DNA of 46,578 nucleotides from Macrostomum lignano (lineage: Eukaryota): positions 1 to 46,578 of the forward strand of contig NIVC01001352.1 of assembly GCA_002269645.1 (NCBI GenBank). The letters are read 5' to 3'. The stretch's first letter is position 1. Every line of letters starts with the position of its first letter. Made by a program: the position numbers and the translations under genes. Positions 20,517 to 32,647 of the stretch are shown in pieces. The notes under the pieces were generated by a model. That model was not told where the DNA came from. It saw only the letters and a program-made list of their open reading frames with translations, and did not search any database.

Positions 20517-20978
20517 GTGTTCTGGGTTCAATGCAAATAAAACCCCCCGCGTGTTGGGGGGCTGAGTTAAATTTAATGCTTCACCCAGAACGGGGGTTGG
20601 GCTTGGGCTGAGTGTACATAGCAGTTGTACAGTGTGAATAGATAGACTGTGTCGAGATTCAATTGGTTTTATTATTGGCGCCTTTTTTCCATAGGCAGCC
20701 CTGTGTATTAGTTTGGCAGTGAAATTCAATGAATAAACTTGCGAGCTTCTCTAGCAACTTAGCAAGCAGTCGGGAAATCGGTAAATTTCAAACGCTAACT
20801 GTTCCTCGAGTTTTAAACTTTGAGAGGAGAGACTTATATTGCTAGAAAGATCTTGCAACGCTGAGTTCGGGGATATAAGTTGTTTGCTTTAAATATGAAA
20901 AGAAAAAGCACAGCATTTAAAAAACTATTTCCATACTTTTAACTTTCTGCAAAAATTGTACTCAGTTTTGCGAGACGT

Positions 20979-22093
20979 AATAGATAAAGTTGGGCGTATT
21001 GGAAGGGTGTCTGCCGCTGCGTATTGGAGGGTTGATTTAGATTGCGCAACCGTTTATTTAACTTTAAATAAGACTGATACTGTCTGACTGAGAAATGGTT
21101 TGCGCAATTAATTGATTCAATTAATTCAACACGCAGCTCTGTGCAGCTCTAACCCTAACCCTAACCAATGAATTCTGAGAGTTAAGTTCTTTTTGACAGA
21201 GAAAATTTCGATTGAGTCCAGTTTCACGGAGTATTCTGATGGTTTTCGGTTTCACGGAGAGGATTTCTTTTTCGTGGAGAGAATCTAGATGTATTTCTGT
21301 TTTACGGAGACGATTTTGATGGATGTCAGTTTCACTCAGAGGATTTCCATGGAGCCCAGTTTCACGGAGAGGATTTCTGTTTCGCGGAGAGGATTTCTGT
21401 TTCGCGGAGAGGATTTCTGTTTCACGGAGAGGATTTCTGTTTCACGGAGGGATTTTGATGGATTTGGTATCTTCAGTCAGTCAGTAAAGAGAGTAAAGAG
21501 AAGAGTGAAAAGAGAAGAGAGAAGAGATTATAGAAAAGAGAGTAGAGATGAGAGAGGACAGATTAGACATGACAGATGGGAGAGAAGAGGGGAGTAAGGC
21601 GGGAACGAAGAGGGAGAGAGAAGAAAAGAGGAGAGAGGAGATGAGAGGGAAGATATGAGATAGCAGAAGGAGACAGGAGAGATGAGAGGAGAGCGAAGAG
21701 AGGAGCTGAGAGTAGAGGAGAAAGAAATAGTGAGATGAGGCATGAGGGATGAGAGATGAGAGAGGAGAGAAGAGAGGAGAAAACAGGGGATAAAGGAGAC
21801 AGGAGAGAAAGACGAAAGACGAGGGAGAAGAGATAAATAAGGTGGTAGAGATGAGAGACGTGAGAGGAGAGAAAAGAGAAGAGAGGAGACAGAAGAATCT
21901 GAGTCTGGACAATGGCAGTCAGTTTTTGCGAACAGGGAAAACAAGATATGGTTTTATGGCTTTACAGAGGATTTGGAGATGATTTGGAAGATGGGATTCA
22001 AGTCATGGAATTTGAGCTGATGGATTTCAGGGAATGGAATTCCGGTGATGGGAGTTCTTCCCCTTTCTCCTCCAGAGGAGGAGTTGGCCTCGT
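20979..22093 (+). repeat. Copy A of a tandemly duplicated composite repeat (telomeric hexamers, TTTCACGGAGAGGA repeats, GA-rich tract, 3' hairpin)
   Basis: Starts AATAGATAAAGTTGGG. (TAACCC)2TAACC at 21150-21166. Hairpin CTCCTCC-AGA-GGAGGAG at 22067-22083, then CTCGT. Confidence 0.75.
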
Positions 22094-23956
22094 AATAGAT
22101 AAAGTTGGGGGGAGGGTTCAACTTCTCACTGCTGCTGTGTATTGGAGGGTTGATTTAGATTGACTGACTGACTGTGAAATCAGTTGCGCAATGAATTGAT
22201 TCAATTTGTTCAATATTTTTATCAGTGCCTTTTAACACGAAGCTGTGCGCAGTTCTAACCCTAACCCTAACCCTAACCCTAACCAATGAATCCGGAGAGT
22301 TGAGTTGTTTGACGGAAAAAAATCGATTGAGTCCAGTTTAGCGGAGACGATTTCAATGTTTTAATTTTGACGGAGAGGATTTCTGTTTCGTGGAGAGGAT
22401 TTCGATGGTGTTCAGTTTTACGAAGAGAGGATTTCGATGATGTTCAGCTTCACGGAGAGGATTTCTGTTTCGCGGAGATAATATACGATTGATTTCTGTT
22501 TTATGGAGACGATTTTGATGGATTTAAGTTTCAAGGAGAGGATTTCGAAGGAGTCCAGTTTCACGGAGAGGATTTCGAAGGAGTCCAGTTTCACGAAGAG
22601 GATTTCGATGGTTTTCAGTTGCACGGACAGGATTTCTGCTTCGCGGAGAAGATCTTGATAGATTTGGCATCTTCAATCAGTCAGAGAAGAGAGTAAAGAG
22701 AAGAATGAAAAGAGAAGAGAGATGAGATGATAGAAAACAGAGTAGAAATGAGTAGAGAAATTAGACATGACAGATGGGAGAGAAGAGGGGAGTAAGGCGG
22801 GAACGAAGGAGAGAGAAGAGAAGAGGAGAGAGGAGATGAAGAGAGAGGATATGAGAGAGGAGATATGAGATAGCAGAGAGGAGACAGGAGAGAGAAGAAA
22901 GGAGGGATAAGAGCGTACAGAGGCAATAGAAGAGAGGAGAGAGGTGAGAGGTGAGAGGAGAGAGATGAAAGATCAGAGATCAGAGATTTAAGAGAAGAAA
23001 GTAGTGAGGAGAAAGAAGAGGGTAAAGATGAGAGTGCAGAGAGGAGAGAAACGAGAGGAGACAGGTGGTAGAAAGGAGTGTAAAAACAGCAGATAAGAAA
23101 GGGGAGGGTGAGAGTGAGAGCATATAGGAAAGTGTAAAAGGGGAGCAGAGGAGAGAGAATAGATAAGTGAGTAGAGAAGAGATATGAGAGAGGAAAGACG
23201 AGGGGAGAGAGGAGACAGGAGAGAGTAAATTTGAAAGACCTGGGAGAAGAGATAAATAAGATAGTACAGATGAGAGGAGAGAGAGAGAGGAGAGATGAGA
23301 GATGCAATGAGAAAAGAGATGAGTGAGAAAATAAGAGAGAGAAGAGATTAGAAATTAGAGAAGAGATGAGGGGAGATGAGAGGAGAGAAGAGAGAATGGA
23401 GAGGAGAGAAAAGAGAGGAGAGGAGACATGTGATGCAGTAGAAAGGAGGGAAGAAAAATGGGAGATAAGAAAGGAGAGGTTGAGAGCGTATAAGAGATAC
23501 GAGAAATGAGAGCAGAGAGAAGAGAGAAAAGGGAAGAGAGAAAGTAGAGCGGAGACGATAGATAAGTGAGTAGAGATGAGATATGAGAGAGGAGAGAAAA
23601 GGGGAGAGATAAGATAGAAGATAGGAGAGTAGACAGGAGAGGGAGAAGAGAAAGACGAAAGACGAGGGAGAAGAGATAAATAAGGGAGTAGAGATAAATA
23701 AGAGAGTAGGGGTAGAGATGAGATGAGAGAGAGGAGAGAGAAGCGAGTCACGATAATAGCGAAGAGAGGAGAGAGTAGATATGAGAGACGTAAGAGTCTT
23801 TGAGCTATGGTCTTTGAAAGGTTTGTAAAGAATTTGGAGACGATTTGGAAGATGGGATTCAAGACATGGAATTTCAGTTGATGGATAATTCAGGGAATGG
23901 AATTCCGGTGATGGGAGTTCTTCCCCTTTCTCCTCCGAAGGAGGAGTTCCACTCGT
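22094..23956 (+). repeat. Copy B of the same composite repeat, with a longer GA-rich tract
   Basis: Same start. (TAACCC)4TAACC at 22256-22284. Hairpin CTCCTCC-GAA-GGAGGAG at 23930-23946, then CTCGT. Confidence 0.75.
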
Positions 23957-24743
23957 ATATACTAAAAATTATACAATATTTTCCAACTCTTGCTTGGGCA
24001 CATTGGGTCTAGGCTTAGCTGCTAAATAAGACAAGCAAATATGAGACAGTTTACAAAGTTGAAAGTGCTTGACACAGATAAAGTAGGTGGTGTATTACTA
24101 TCTCATTTGTAAGAGAATTGTTGCAATGGGTAAAATTGATCAAAACTAGCTATAACTTTTGACATCTGTATAATAATGAAATCAAGTTGAACTTGCTATA
24201 ACTAATTTACAATACCATCAAATGAGGCAATTTTTTAACACATGACTTGTTTATTGACTTTCATTCTTTTATTACTTTGTTTGTATGATTTGATAAGATT
24301 ATGAAGAGGATTTTGAACTACCATCTCTTGACCTATGGGGGCGAAAGCCAGCACTCAGTGTATTTTAGTTGGCTTACTACCTCTGGTTAGATAAACCTCT
24401 TGACTGGACTGAACTGATTGGGTCTAAAAGGACTTACAGTCTGTGAGCTGCTCATTTGTACCTTAGTTTTGTTTGTTTCCTTAGACCTCAAAAATGCTCA
24501 TACACTCAAGCAACATGTCAAATTTTCCACCCCAAACTCAATGGTAAAATTTTATCAGATCTCAACCCCAAGTGACGCAGTTCACACCACGCCCACAAGG
24601 CCCTAGCTTAGGCTGGTGAAGAGAGTGGGGAGTTAAGAGTCCTCATGAACTGGAAACTCTTAACATGTTTGAGAAGTATGAATATTAGGTGCGTTTTTAT
24701 TCCAAAGACTAATCCTCTTGATAGTGAGCTGTTTGTGATACTT

Positions 24744-25046
24744 TTAAAAAAACGTAGCGATGACTTCTAACTTAGACTGGTCAGGCACCGAATTTTCACA
24801 CTTATCAGCTGCCTTCAGAAGCTGCTGAGCAAATGTCCTGTTCCTGCTTCTAACTGCTCTCTCATGGGTTTGAAAGGCAAATCGTTCTGCCAAAACGTAT
24901 GTCTTGGGAAGCAGAATGTCTTCCCGAGTCTTCTTCAAGTCCTGAAATGACTTCGTGGTCGGCAGCTGGTCAGCCAATGTGTCATGAAGGGGAGCTTCAC
25001 AAGACAGAAACTTCACAACGCAGAAAACTACTGCACGATCCTTCAC
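24744..25046 (-). pseudogene. Degenerate gag fragment of a second Gypsy family (K02A2.6-like)
   Basis: The peptide PTTKSFQDLKKT.EDILLPKTYVLAERFAF...FAQQLLKAADKCE resembles the conserved K(S/T)F.EL...L..H..P...V.AERF.F...Q......F...L...A..CEF gag motif. No pol follows. Confidence 0.65.
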
Positions 25047-25229
25047 AGAACCGAAACTTCACAATGCCGAAATTCTGCATGGTCATCTGCATGGTGTATA
25101 TTATGTTTTCTACGATATGAAATTTCGGTCTTTTAAAAGCGCTCCATCATAAAAGATGAAACTGGTATATGACGTACTGGTTCGAGGTACTATCTTTAAG
25201 GCTATAGCTTCTCCAGGTAAATCTCGGGT

Positions 25230-25710
25230 GTGGTTCGGGGGGCAATTCTCAGGTGTGGTTTAGGGGCGATTCTCATGTGTGGTTTAGAGGCAATTCTCAG
25301 GTGTGGTTTAGAGGCAATTCTCAGGTGTGGTTTAGAGTCAGTTCTCAGGTGTGGTTCAGGGGGCAATTCTCAGGTGTGGTTTAGGGTCAATTCTCAGGTG
25401 TGGTTTAGAGGCAATTCTCAGGTGTTGTTTAGAGTCAGTTCTCAGGTGTGGTTTAGAGTCAGTTCTCTGGTGTGGTTTGGGGGAATTCTCAGGTGTGGTT
25501 TGGGGGGAATTCTCAGGTGTGGTTAGAAGCAATTCTCTGGTGTGGTTTGGGGGAATTCTCAGGTGTGGTTTAGGGGGAATTCTCAGGTGTGGTTAGAAGC
25601 AATTCTCTGGTGTGGTTTGGGGGAATTCTCAGGTGTGGTTTAGAGGCAATTCTCAGGTGTGGTTTAGGGGCAATTATCGGGTATGTAGATGCGATTCTCA
25701 TGGTGGTTCA
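25230..25710. repeat. ~21-23-bp minisatellite (CAATTCTCAGGTGTGGTTTAG(A/G)GG)
   Basis: Directly visible tandem units. Explains the ORFs at 25230-25596. Confidence 0.9.
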
Positions 25711-26449
25711 GAGGTGTTAGTGTATAAGACATTATCATAAGCAATTTAGATTAGTTCTAAATTTAGACCCACCCCCTCCGCCAAATTTATTTGTGTATAA
25801 TGATTTAATGTTATGGTTTTAAATATAACATCATGAAACGAAACGTACGCAGCTTTGTATTTTGTGCCCCCCCCCCACGAAAATAAATGGTGGCTGGGCC
25901 TCTGCTACAGTGGCAGCTAGGGGTAATAAAAGCTTATCTAATTAGAAACAGGTCTTGAAGTGCGCACATCTGTCTGATCAGTTAACCACTTCGCCTTACC
26001 TTGAAATTGGCATTTGACTTCGCAAATGCAGTGCGGTGTAAGATTTGTTAGCAAATTTACTTCTTGAGCCTTCTAAGTAGTTGTCATGGGGACAATTTTT
26101 TACTACCTCCGCAATCCCATTAATTCCATCTGTGTCATTCTCATTCCCTAAGAAATGAGCAGCAAGAGGGTCTCCATAATTAATTACATAAATTTTCATT
26201 ACTTCTAAAACTTCTCTTAAGGCAGGTTTTTCGAGATAGCAGGTTTGTCTTTTTTCTGCAAGATAATTGTTATTGCTCTTGATAGAAGGCAGACCCTGTG
26301 TTCATCTTTTGATATGCCTTGCCTTTCTTATATAACTCTATTGATATGAGCTATTAGTCCATAAATTCAGTGTGTGTGTGGGCTTCAAAGCTATTCAAAG
26401 CAAAGCTTTGCTGCCTTCAGAGGTCGGCAACTCCGGTCGTGCTATCTGG

Positions 26450-26570
26450 AGGGGGCGCCAGCAACAGAGGGGCGCCAGCTGCAGAGGGGGCGCCAGCTAC
26501 AGAGGGGACGCCAGCTACAGGAGGGGGCGCCAGCTTCAGACTTCAGAGGGAGCGCCAGCTACAGAGGGCT
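26450..26570. repeat. Short ~20-bp tandem repeat (GAGGGGGCGCCAGCTACA)
   Basis: About six visible units. Confidence 0.8.
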
Positions 26571-28033
26571 TATAGTACAAATGTTAGTGACAAGAAATAC
26601 GAGTACCTACCAACGGTGCGATCGCAGAAACCGGGCTCATTTGGTTGTGGTGTGAATGAGCACTGTGCCTATAGCAATGAGCCTATAAATGCCTTGATTT
26701 TGATCTGTGCAATCACGTTTTCAATAGAGCTTACTAGCATTTCATGCTACTTCTAAGTAGCATAAAAAGTTCGACTCCATGACAAGAAGCAAAAATTTAT
26801 TAAGAAATAAACAAACAAACCAGAATCCACACGATTGACTGCAGCTAACAGAAAGACCAATTTAGTAGGCTTTCCTGCTCTTTGCCTGCTCTGCAAAAGA
26901 AATTGAACGCAAACTCGCCACATTTCATGGATATTATATTTATAAATGAAAGATATTAACTGTTAGTAGTATTAGGTTGTTGCTTTTTCTGCTACTCAAT
27001 ACTTGTACATACACCATTAGCACAACACAACAGGCCAGCCAACATGGATATTGCTAGGAAAACTGAAATTTCTTTGCAGCAAAAAAACACGCAAGCGTAT
27101 GCCGCCGCTTATTAAAGTCAAAATGACAAGTTGAAATGAAAATGAAGCATCAATTAGTTTAGCATAATTTGATAAACAGAGCTCAACCCAAATTAGCTAA
27201 AAATGGAATAATCTTATATTTATTGAATTATTAATCATTTTCTGCCTTTTCTGAAGTAGGAAAACGATGAGCACGCGGTGTTTTGACGGACGCGCTGAAA
27301 CGAAAACGAATTTTTTGAAGCGACAAAACAAACCGAAACCACGGGCAGAGGGAGAACACAAATTTTGCAAGTAAAACATCTGTTATGGATTACATTCTCT
27401 AGGGGGGGAGAGTGAGTTATGGCTGACAAACTCGAGCAGCAGAAATAAACAAAGACTGGCGAGTATCTGAAGAATAAAGAGTTAATGGGAGGAATTTCTC
27501 GTGCCATCCAATTATATTTAACAGACAGACCCCATCGAAGCAAAGGTGGCTTTCGCGTGTACAATCTACACATGTTGTTATTAACAGGCAAATTCTTAGT
27601 ACACAAAAATTATAATAAATTTGGGACATATAAAATGGCTAAGTTACTACAATAACGCAAATCCTAAAGTCAATTGGGATTTTTAATTTAGTACAAATAT
27701 TAAAAGAAATTCTCATACACAAGCATGAGGAGAAGACTCACACTTTACGATCGCGACAACTCACGTTGCTATGAGACGTCAAATATCACGTCTCATATCT
27801 CACATTGAAGTCTAATATCATCTCACGTCAACCTCTGATCTCATATCTCACGTTAATATCATATCTCATATCTCACGTCAATATCTAATCTTAAATCTCA
27901 CATTGATCTCATACAATCGCATGTAACTCGAGATGTATTTGATCTCGATCTTTGAGCACAGTTTGAGGCTAGGGTTGATCGACCAAGACAATCTCTCTGA
28001 GCTCCTTGAGCCAGTGTGTCGAGTAACTCAAAT

Positions 28034-28285
28034 TTATTTGACAAAATTCTGCTCAAGCGGCGGCTCCTCAGAGGCGTCCATGGGCACGCTGGGCCGCCTG
28101 ATGTACTCCGGCTGGGCCTGGCCTCGGGCGCACTCGGCCGAGATTCGAACTTCGCACACGTCAGAGCCGGGCGTCTCGTAGCGCGGCACCAACAGCAGCG
28201 CCTCGAGGATGGCGCGCAGGCCTCGCGCCCCTGTCTGGCGCCTCTGGGCCTGCTGAGCGATCTCCAGCAGCGCCTCTTGCGTCAC
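28034..28285 (-). CDS. CLPX: CLPX exon 6 (last exon; contains GARGLRAILE)
   Basis: Acceptor ccttcccccgccag, phase 0. VTQEALLEIA...GARGLRAILE. Stop TAA at 28034-28036. Confidence 0.93.
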   Translation of the reverse strand: MTQEALLEIAQQAQRRQTGARGLRAILEALLLVPRYETPGSDVCEVRISAECARGQAQPEYIRRPSVPMDASEEPPLEQNFVK

Positions 28286-28299
28286 CTGGCGGGGGAAGG

Positions 28300-29098
28300 A
28301 AGCCAGACTGAATAAAGGTTTGACCTGAGGATCTGAAGCCAGACTGAATGAAGGTTTGACCTGAGGATCTGAAGCCAGACTGAAGGTTTGACCTGAGGAT
28401 CTGAAGCCAGACTGAATGAAGGTTTGACCTGAGGATCTGAAGCCAGACTGAATGAAGGTTTGACCTGGGGATCTGAAGCCAGACTGAATGAAGGTTTGAC
28501 CTGAGGATCTGAAGCCAGACTGAATGAAGGTTTGACCTGGGGATCTGAAGCCAGACTGAATGAAGGTTTGACCTGAGGATCTGAAGCCAGACTGAATGAA
28601 GGTTTGACCTGAGGATCTGAAGCCAGACTGAATGAAGGTTTGAACTGAGGATCTGAAGCCAGACTGAATGAAGGTTTGACCTGAGGATCTGAAGCCAGAC
28701 TGAAGGTGTGACCTGAGGATCTGAAGCCAGACTGAAGGTTTGACCTGAGGATCTGAAGCCAGACTGAATGAAGGTTTGACCTGAGGATCTGAAGCCAGAC
28801 TGAATGAAGGTTTGACCTGAGGATCTGAAGCCAGACTGAATGAAGGTTTGACCTGAGGATCTGAAGCCAGACTGAATGAAGGTTTGACCTGAGGATCTGA
28901 AGCCAGACTGAATGAAGGTTTGACCTGAGGATCTGAAGCCAGACTGAATGAAGGTTTGACCTGAGGATCTGAAGCCAGACTGAAGGTGTGACCTGAGGAT
29001 CTGAAGCCAGACTGAATGAAGGTTTGACCTGAGGATCTAAAGCCAGACTGAATGAAGGTTTGACCTGAGGATCTGAAGCCAGACTGAAAGTTTGACCT
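28300..29098. repeat. 36-bp minisatellite in CLPX intron 5 (GACTGAATGAAGGTTTGACCTGAGGATCTGAAGCCA)
   Basis: Visible tandem units, some with a 4-bp deletion. Explains the ORF at 28282-29169. Confidence 0.95.
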
Positions 29099-29156
29099 GA
29101 GTATCTAGATAGACGAGAAGCCTGAAGGCCTAGATGTCTAGAAGCTGGAAACTCAC

Positions 29157-29521
29157 CTCCAGGTTGCATTGGTCCATGCCGAACAGCAGTTTGTACTGGC
29201 TGATGAGGGCATTGCGAGGCTCCACGAGAATTCTGGCCAGCATAGCGGCGTCCAGGCTGTGCAGGACGCTGATGACGGGGAACCGGCCGACAAACTCGGG
29301 GATCATGCCGAAGTCGATGAGGTCGCGAGCTTCAACCCGCGACAGCACCTTGTCGTCGTCTGTCAACGGGTCGCCAGTGGACACGGGCTGGTTGAAGCCG
29401 ACGCCTCGTTGTTGCTCACGGCGGCGGACAATCTTGGCCAGGCCGTTGAAGGCGCCGGAGGCGATGAATAAAATGTTGGACGTGTCCACCGCCACTGTCT
29501 CGCCGCGCTCGCGCCGGTTGC
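29157..29521 (-). CDS. CLPX: CLPX exon 5
   Basis: AG acceptor at 29522-29523 and GTGAGT donor at 29151-29156. [23 protein letters not shown] (IGF-type loop), [24 protein letters not shown]. Confidence 0.95.
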
Positions 29522-29699
29522 CTGGGGATTTTTATTGGGATGGGGAGTAAGAGTGGTATTTGTAAGAATTGAATTCCTGAGGATATGTGGTCCCTAATGA
29601 TGAGATCAGTAACGATGTGGTTACTAGCAATGGAGCAATGGGATTAAAAGAATCAGATTACTTTACTTAGTATGGGGTTTTGAAGGACTGGATAGGATG

Positions 29700-30020
29700 A
29701 CATGAGATTGATGAAGCTGGCATTAATGAAGCTGGGATTGAAAAAGCTGGATTGATGAGTCTGTTATTACCGTTGGTGAGGTTGAGATTGATGAAACTGA
29801 GATTGATGAGGCTGGGATTTATGAAGCTGAGATTGGTGAGACTGGGATTGATGAAGCTCGGATTGAAGTTGAGATTGATGAGGCTGGGATTGATAAAGCT
29901 GAGATTGGTGAGACTGGGATTGATGAAGCTGAGATTGATGAAGCTGGGATTGATGAGGCTGGGATTGATGAAGCTGAGATTGGTGAGGCTGGGATTGATG
30001 AAGCTGAGATTGATGAGGCT
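29700..30020. repeat. Degenerate 15-bp minisatellite in CLPX intron 4 (GATTGATGAAGCTGR)
   Basis: Visible tandem units. Explains the ORFs at 29752-30042 and 29767-30024. Confidence 0.85.
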
Positions 30021-30108
30021 GCAACTTTTCAGTATTGGATAGTTAAGGCTAAGGGATTGATGAGAATCGGGTTACAACCAACAGATACTCATAGAAGGCC
30101 TCACTCAC

Positions 30109-30690
30109 CCTTCGGCGCGTTAACAATGGTTCCCTCGACCATCTTGAGCATGCCCTGTTGCACTCCTTCGCCGCCAACGTCCCTAGTAGCGTGCATGCCG
30201 CCGACACGGCTGCTGATCTTGTCGATCTCATCCAAGAACACGATGCCAGCCTCCGCTCGTTCAACGCTGAACCCGGCGTCCTGCAGCAGCTTGCCGACCA
30301 CGGATTCGACATCCTCGCCAACGTAGCCGGCCTGGGTGAGGGTGGTGCAGTCGCAGATGGCGAACGGCACGTCCAGGCACTGGGCGAGGGTCTGCGCCAG
30401 CAGAGTCTTGCCGCAGCCAGTCGGGCCCAGCAGCAGGATGTTGCTCTTGTCAATGCGGGTCCGGTGCTGCTCGCTCTGCAGCTGGTCGGAGCCGCGGCTG
30501 TTCGACCAGCCGTTGGATGATGAAGCGCCATCAGATGCTGAGGAGCCGCTGGCGCCGCTGCCAGATGATGATGAGGACGACTTTGAGCCCGAGAATCGAA
30601 GGCTGCCGACTCCGCCGCCGCCGCTGCCGCCGCGAGGTCCCAGGACTGAGCCGTGGGGACCGCTAGTGACTCCCGTCATGTTCATCAGGT
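30109..30690 (-). CDS. CLPX: CLPX exon 4 (AAA+ core)
   Basis: Walker A GPTGCGKT, pore loop GYVG, Walker [22 protein letters not shown]. Acceptor ccgctcag and donor GTGAGT at 30103-30108; phase 1 on both sides. Confidence 0.96.
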
Positions 30691-31137
30691 CTGAGCGGAT
30701 GCGGCGGTGTGAGACTTGATCCCATGGGATTCTGAGATTATATTATCCCATGGGATACTGGGGATCTCTACTAAGATAATCTCATGTTATAGCTAATTTA
30801 CTAGGCTAACGAAACCATAAAACAGGAAATCAGAAACGCTAGAGTGACAACAAAAAACAGAAATGCAACATGAGAACTGGACTGTCAAATCTTGCTTAAA
30901 ACGAATACTTTATGTAAATCTCTACGAGTATTTACTAAAATACCTTTAACACTGCGCGGCCTCTTGCTGGTGGCCAAATCCAGTGCATTTTTTATGGAAT
31001 CGCCTAATTTTCAAAGACGCGGTAATTAGAGGTAAATTTTATGGAATCTTTGTAGCAATTGGTGATAATAGCCTGAATTAAATTGCACCCTGGCCCTGGT
31101 GCAAGTGCATGTAAATGCCCCGGAGAAGAACAACAGC

Positions 31138-31312
31138 AACTGAGGATCTGGGAGGCTGGTGGCTCAGCAACTGAGGATCTGGGAGGCTGGTGGCTCAGCA
31201 ACTGAGGATCTGGGAGGCTGGTGGCTCAGCAACTAAGGATCTGGAAGGCTGGCTCAGCAACTGAGGATCTGGGAGGCTGGTGGCTCAGCAACTGCGGATC
31301 TGGGAGGCTGGG
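31138..31312. repeat. 31-bp minisatellite in CLPX intron 3 (AACTGAGGATCTGGGAGGCTGGTGGCTCAGC)
   Basis: About 5.5 visible units. Unit junctions form CTCAG-CAA-CTGAG mini-hairpins. Confidence 0.9.
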
Positions 31313-31353
31313 AATCTAATCTAGAGACCCTTATTGCAACCCCTGGGCCTCAC

Positions 31354-31591
31354 CGGCAGTGGTGAAGGCCTCAGGACCACCAAAGCCGCCGCCGCCGCCA
31401 TCCCGAATAGTCAGCTGACTGCCGAGCGAGCCGGGCCCCACCTGAGCGGAGGTGGCCGCCTGCTGCTGCTGCTGCAAGATGAGGCCCTCCCGGTGGTGCT
31501 GCAGCCGGCGGTAGTGAGAGTACACCTGCACGCTGAGCATGCGCTTGGCCGTGCTCTGCCCGACAACGAATTTGTCCAGGTAGGCGTTGAT
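31354..31591 (-). CDS. CLPX: CLPX exon 3
   Basis: INAYLDKFVVGQSTAKRMLSVQVYSHYRRL matches the ClpX motif YLDxYVVGQ..AKK.LSVAVYNHYKR. AG acceptor and GTGAGG donor. Confidence 0.93.
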
Positions 31592-31677
31592 CTGCCAGGA
31601 TGCAGCGATTCGAGATTATGGATTCTGGGTTGGGATCTTAGGATTTGGGATTCTGAAAATAACAAAAAGAGACTCAC

Positions 31678-31799
31678 TTTTTTAGGATAAGGGATCTCCT
31701 TCTCCTTGATTGAATCGGCCGTCTTTGCCGCGTCCTCCCGGCCTTCCGGTTGGCACAGGAAAAACTGCTGGCAATTGCTGCACTGAAGAAAGACGCTCA
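31678..31799 (-). CDS. CLPX: CLPX exon 2 (second half of the C4 zinc finger)
   Basis: LSVFLQCSNCQQFF...IPYPKK. Acceptor aaccgcag and donor GTGAGT. Phases are consistent with the neighbouring exons. Confidence 0.9.
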
Positions 31800-31859
31800 C
31801 TGCGGTTGATGGGGAACCGTTTGCAGTAGTTAGGGGCTGACTGTCAAGCAGTCAATCAG

Positions 31860-32247
31860 TGTGTCTACCTATTTTACTGTCTGTCTGTCTGTGTGTCTGT
31901 CTGTCTGTCCGTCTGTCTGTCTGTCTTAGTGTCTGTCTGTCATAGGGTCCGTCTGTCTAACTGTCTGTCTGTCTGTCCGTCTGTCTGTCTGTGTCTTAGT
32001 GTCTTTGTGTCTGTCTTTGTGTCTGTCTGTCTGTTTCTTTGTGTCTGTCTGTCTGTCTTAGTGTCTGTCTGTCATAGGGTCGGTCTGTCTGTCTGTCTTA
32101 GTGTCTGTCATAGGGTCCGTCTGTCTGTCTGTCTTAGTGTCTGTCTGTCATAGGGTCCGTCTGTCTGTCTGTCTTAGTGTCTGTCTGTCATAGGGTCCGC
32201 CTGTCTGTCTTAGTGTCTGTCTGTCATAGGGTCTGTCTGTCTGTCTC
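31860..32247. repeat. (CTGT)n-derived minisatellite in CLPX intron 1
   Basis: CTGT runs interspersed with CTTAGT and CATAGGGTCC modules. Abuts the exon 1 donor. Confidence 0.9.
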
Positions 32248-32253
32248 ACTCAC

Positions 32254-32647
32254 AGCCGGACGCATTCATAGGCGAGATTGTCAGGGCCCCGCAGTTTGGG
32301 CACTGCATGGTGGACGAGAAATGGCCGCCGCCGCTACCGCCGCCGCTCGCACCAGCGGCCCCGGCCCCGCCGCTTTTGCCCGCCGACTTGCCGCCGCCGC
32401 CGCCACGGTTGGCAGGACCGCCGCCGGCGCCCGACTTCCGACTGCCGTTGCCGCCGCCGGCGCCTCCGCCAACGCCGCTGTAGGAGCAGCGAGCGGCTGA
32501 CAAGCTGAAGTAGCGCTGCTGCCCGAGTCGCAGGCGGTGCCCAACGCTGCCCTGACGAAAAGCGGCCTGGTGCTGGCGACCCGGCAACGAAACGGCGGCG
32601 GCGGAAGCCAGAATGGCTTGGCGAGGGCCTGCACGAGTAAAATTCAT
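32254..32647 (-). CDS. CLPX: CLPX exon 1 (mitochondrial targeting peptide, Gly-rich linker, first CxxC of the zinc finger)
   Basis: Arg/Ala/Ser-rich N-terminus without acidic residues, containing RYFS; QCPNCG. Donor GTGAGT at 32248-32253. The six exons total 1953 nt = 650 aa + stop in one frame. Confidence 0.88.

Noticed and set aside
21289-23862. Leu/Ser-rich or Arg/Glu-rich ORFs, including the 393-aa ORF at 22681-23862
   Set aside because: Translations of GA/CT low-complexity tracts.
25996-26199. 67-aa minus-strand ORF (MKIYVINYGDPLAAHF...)
   Set aside because: No recognisable motif, splice context or neighbouring exons; cannot be supported without a search.
26418-26780. Possible second hAT (Charlie-like) element: CAGAGGTCGGCAAC followed by GGCGCC repeats
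   Set aside because: Only a weak right-end candidate (AAAAAGTTCGACTCC at ~26765) and no matching TSD.
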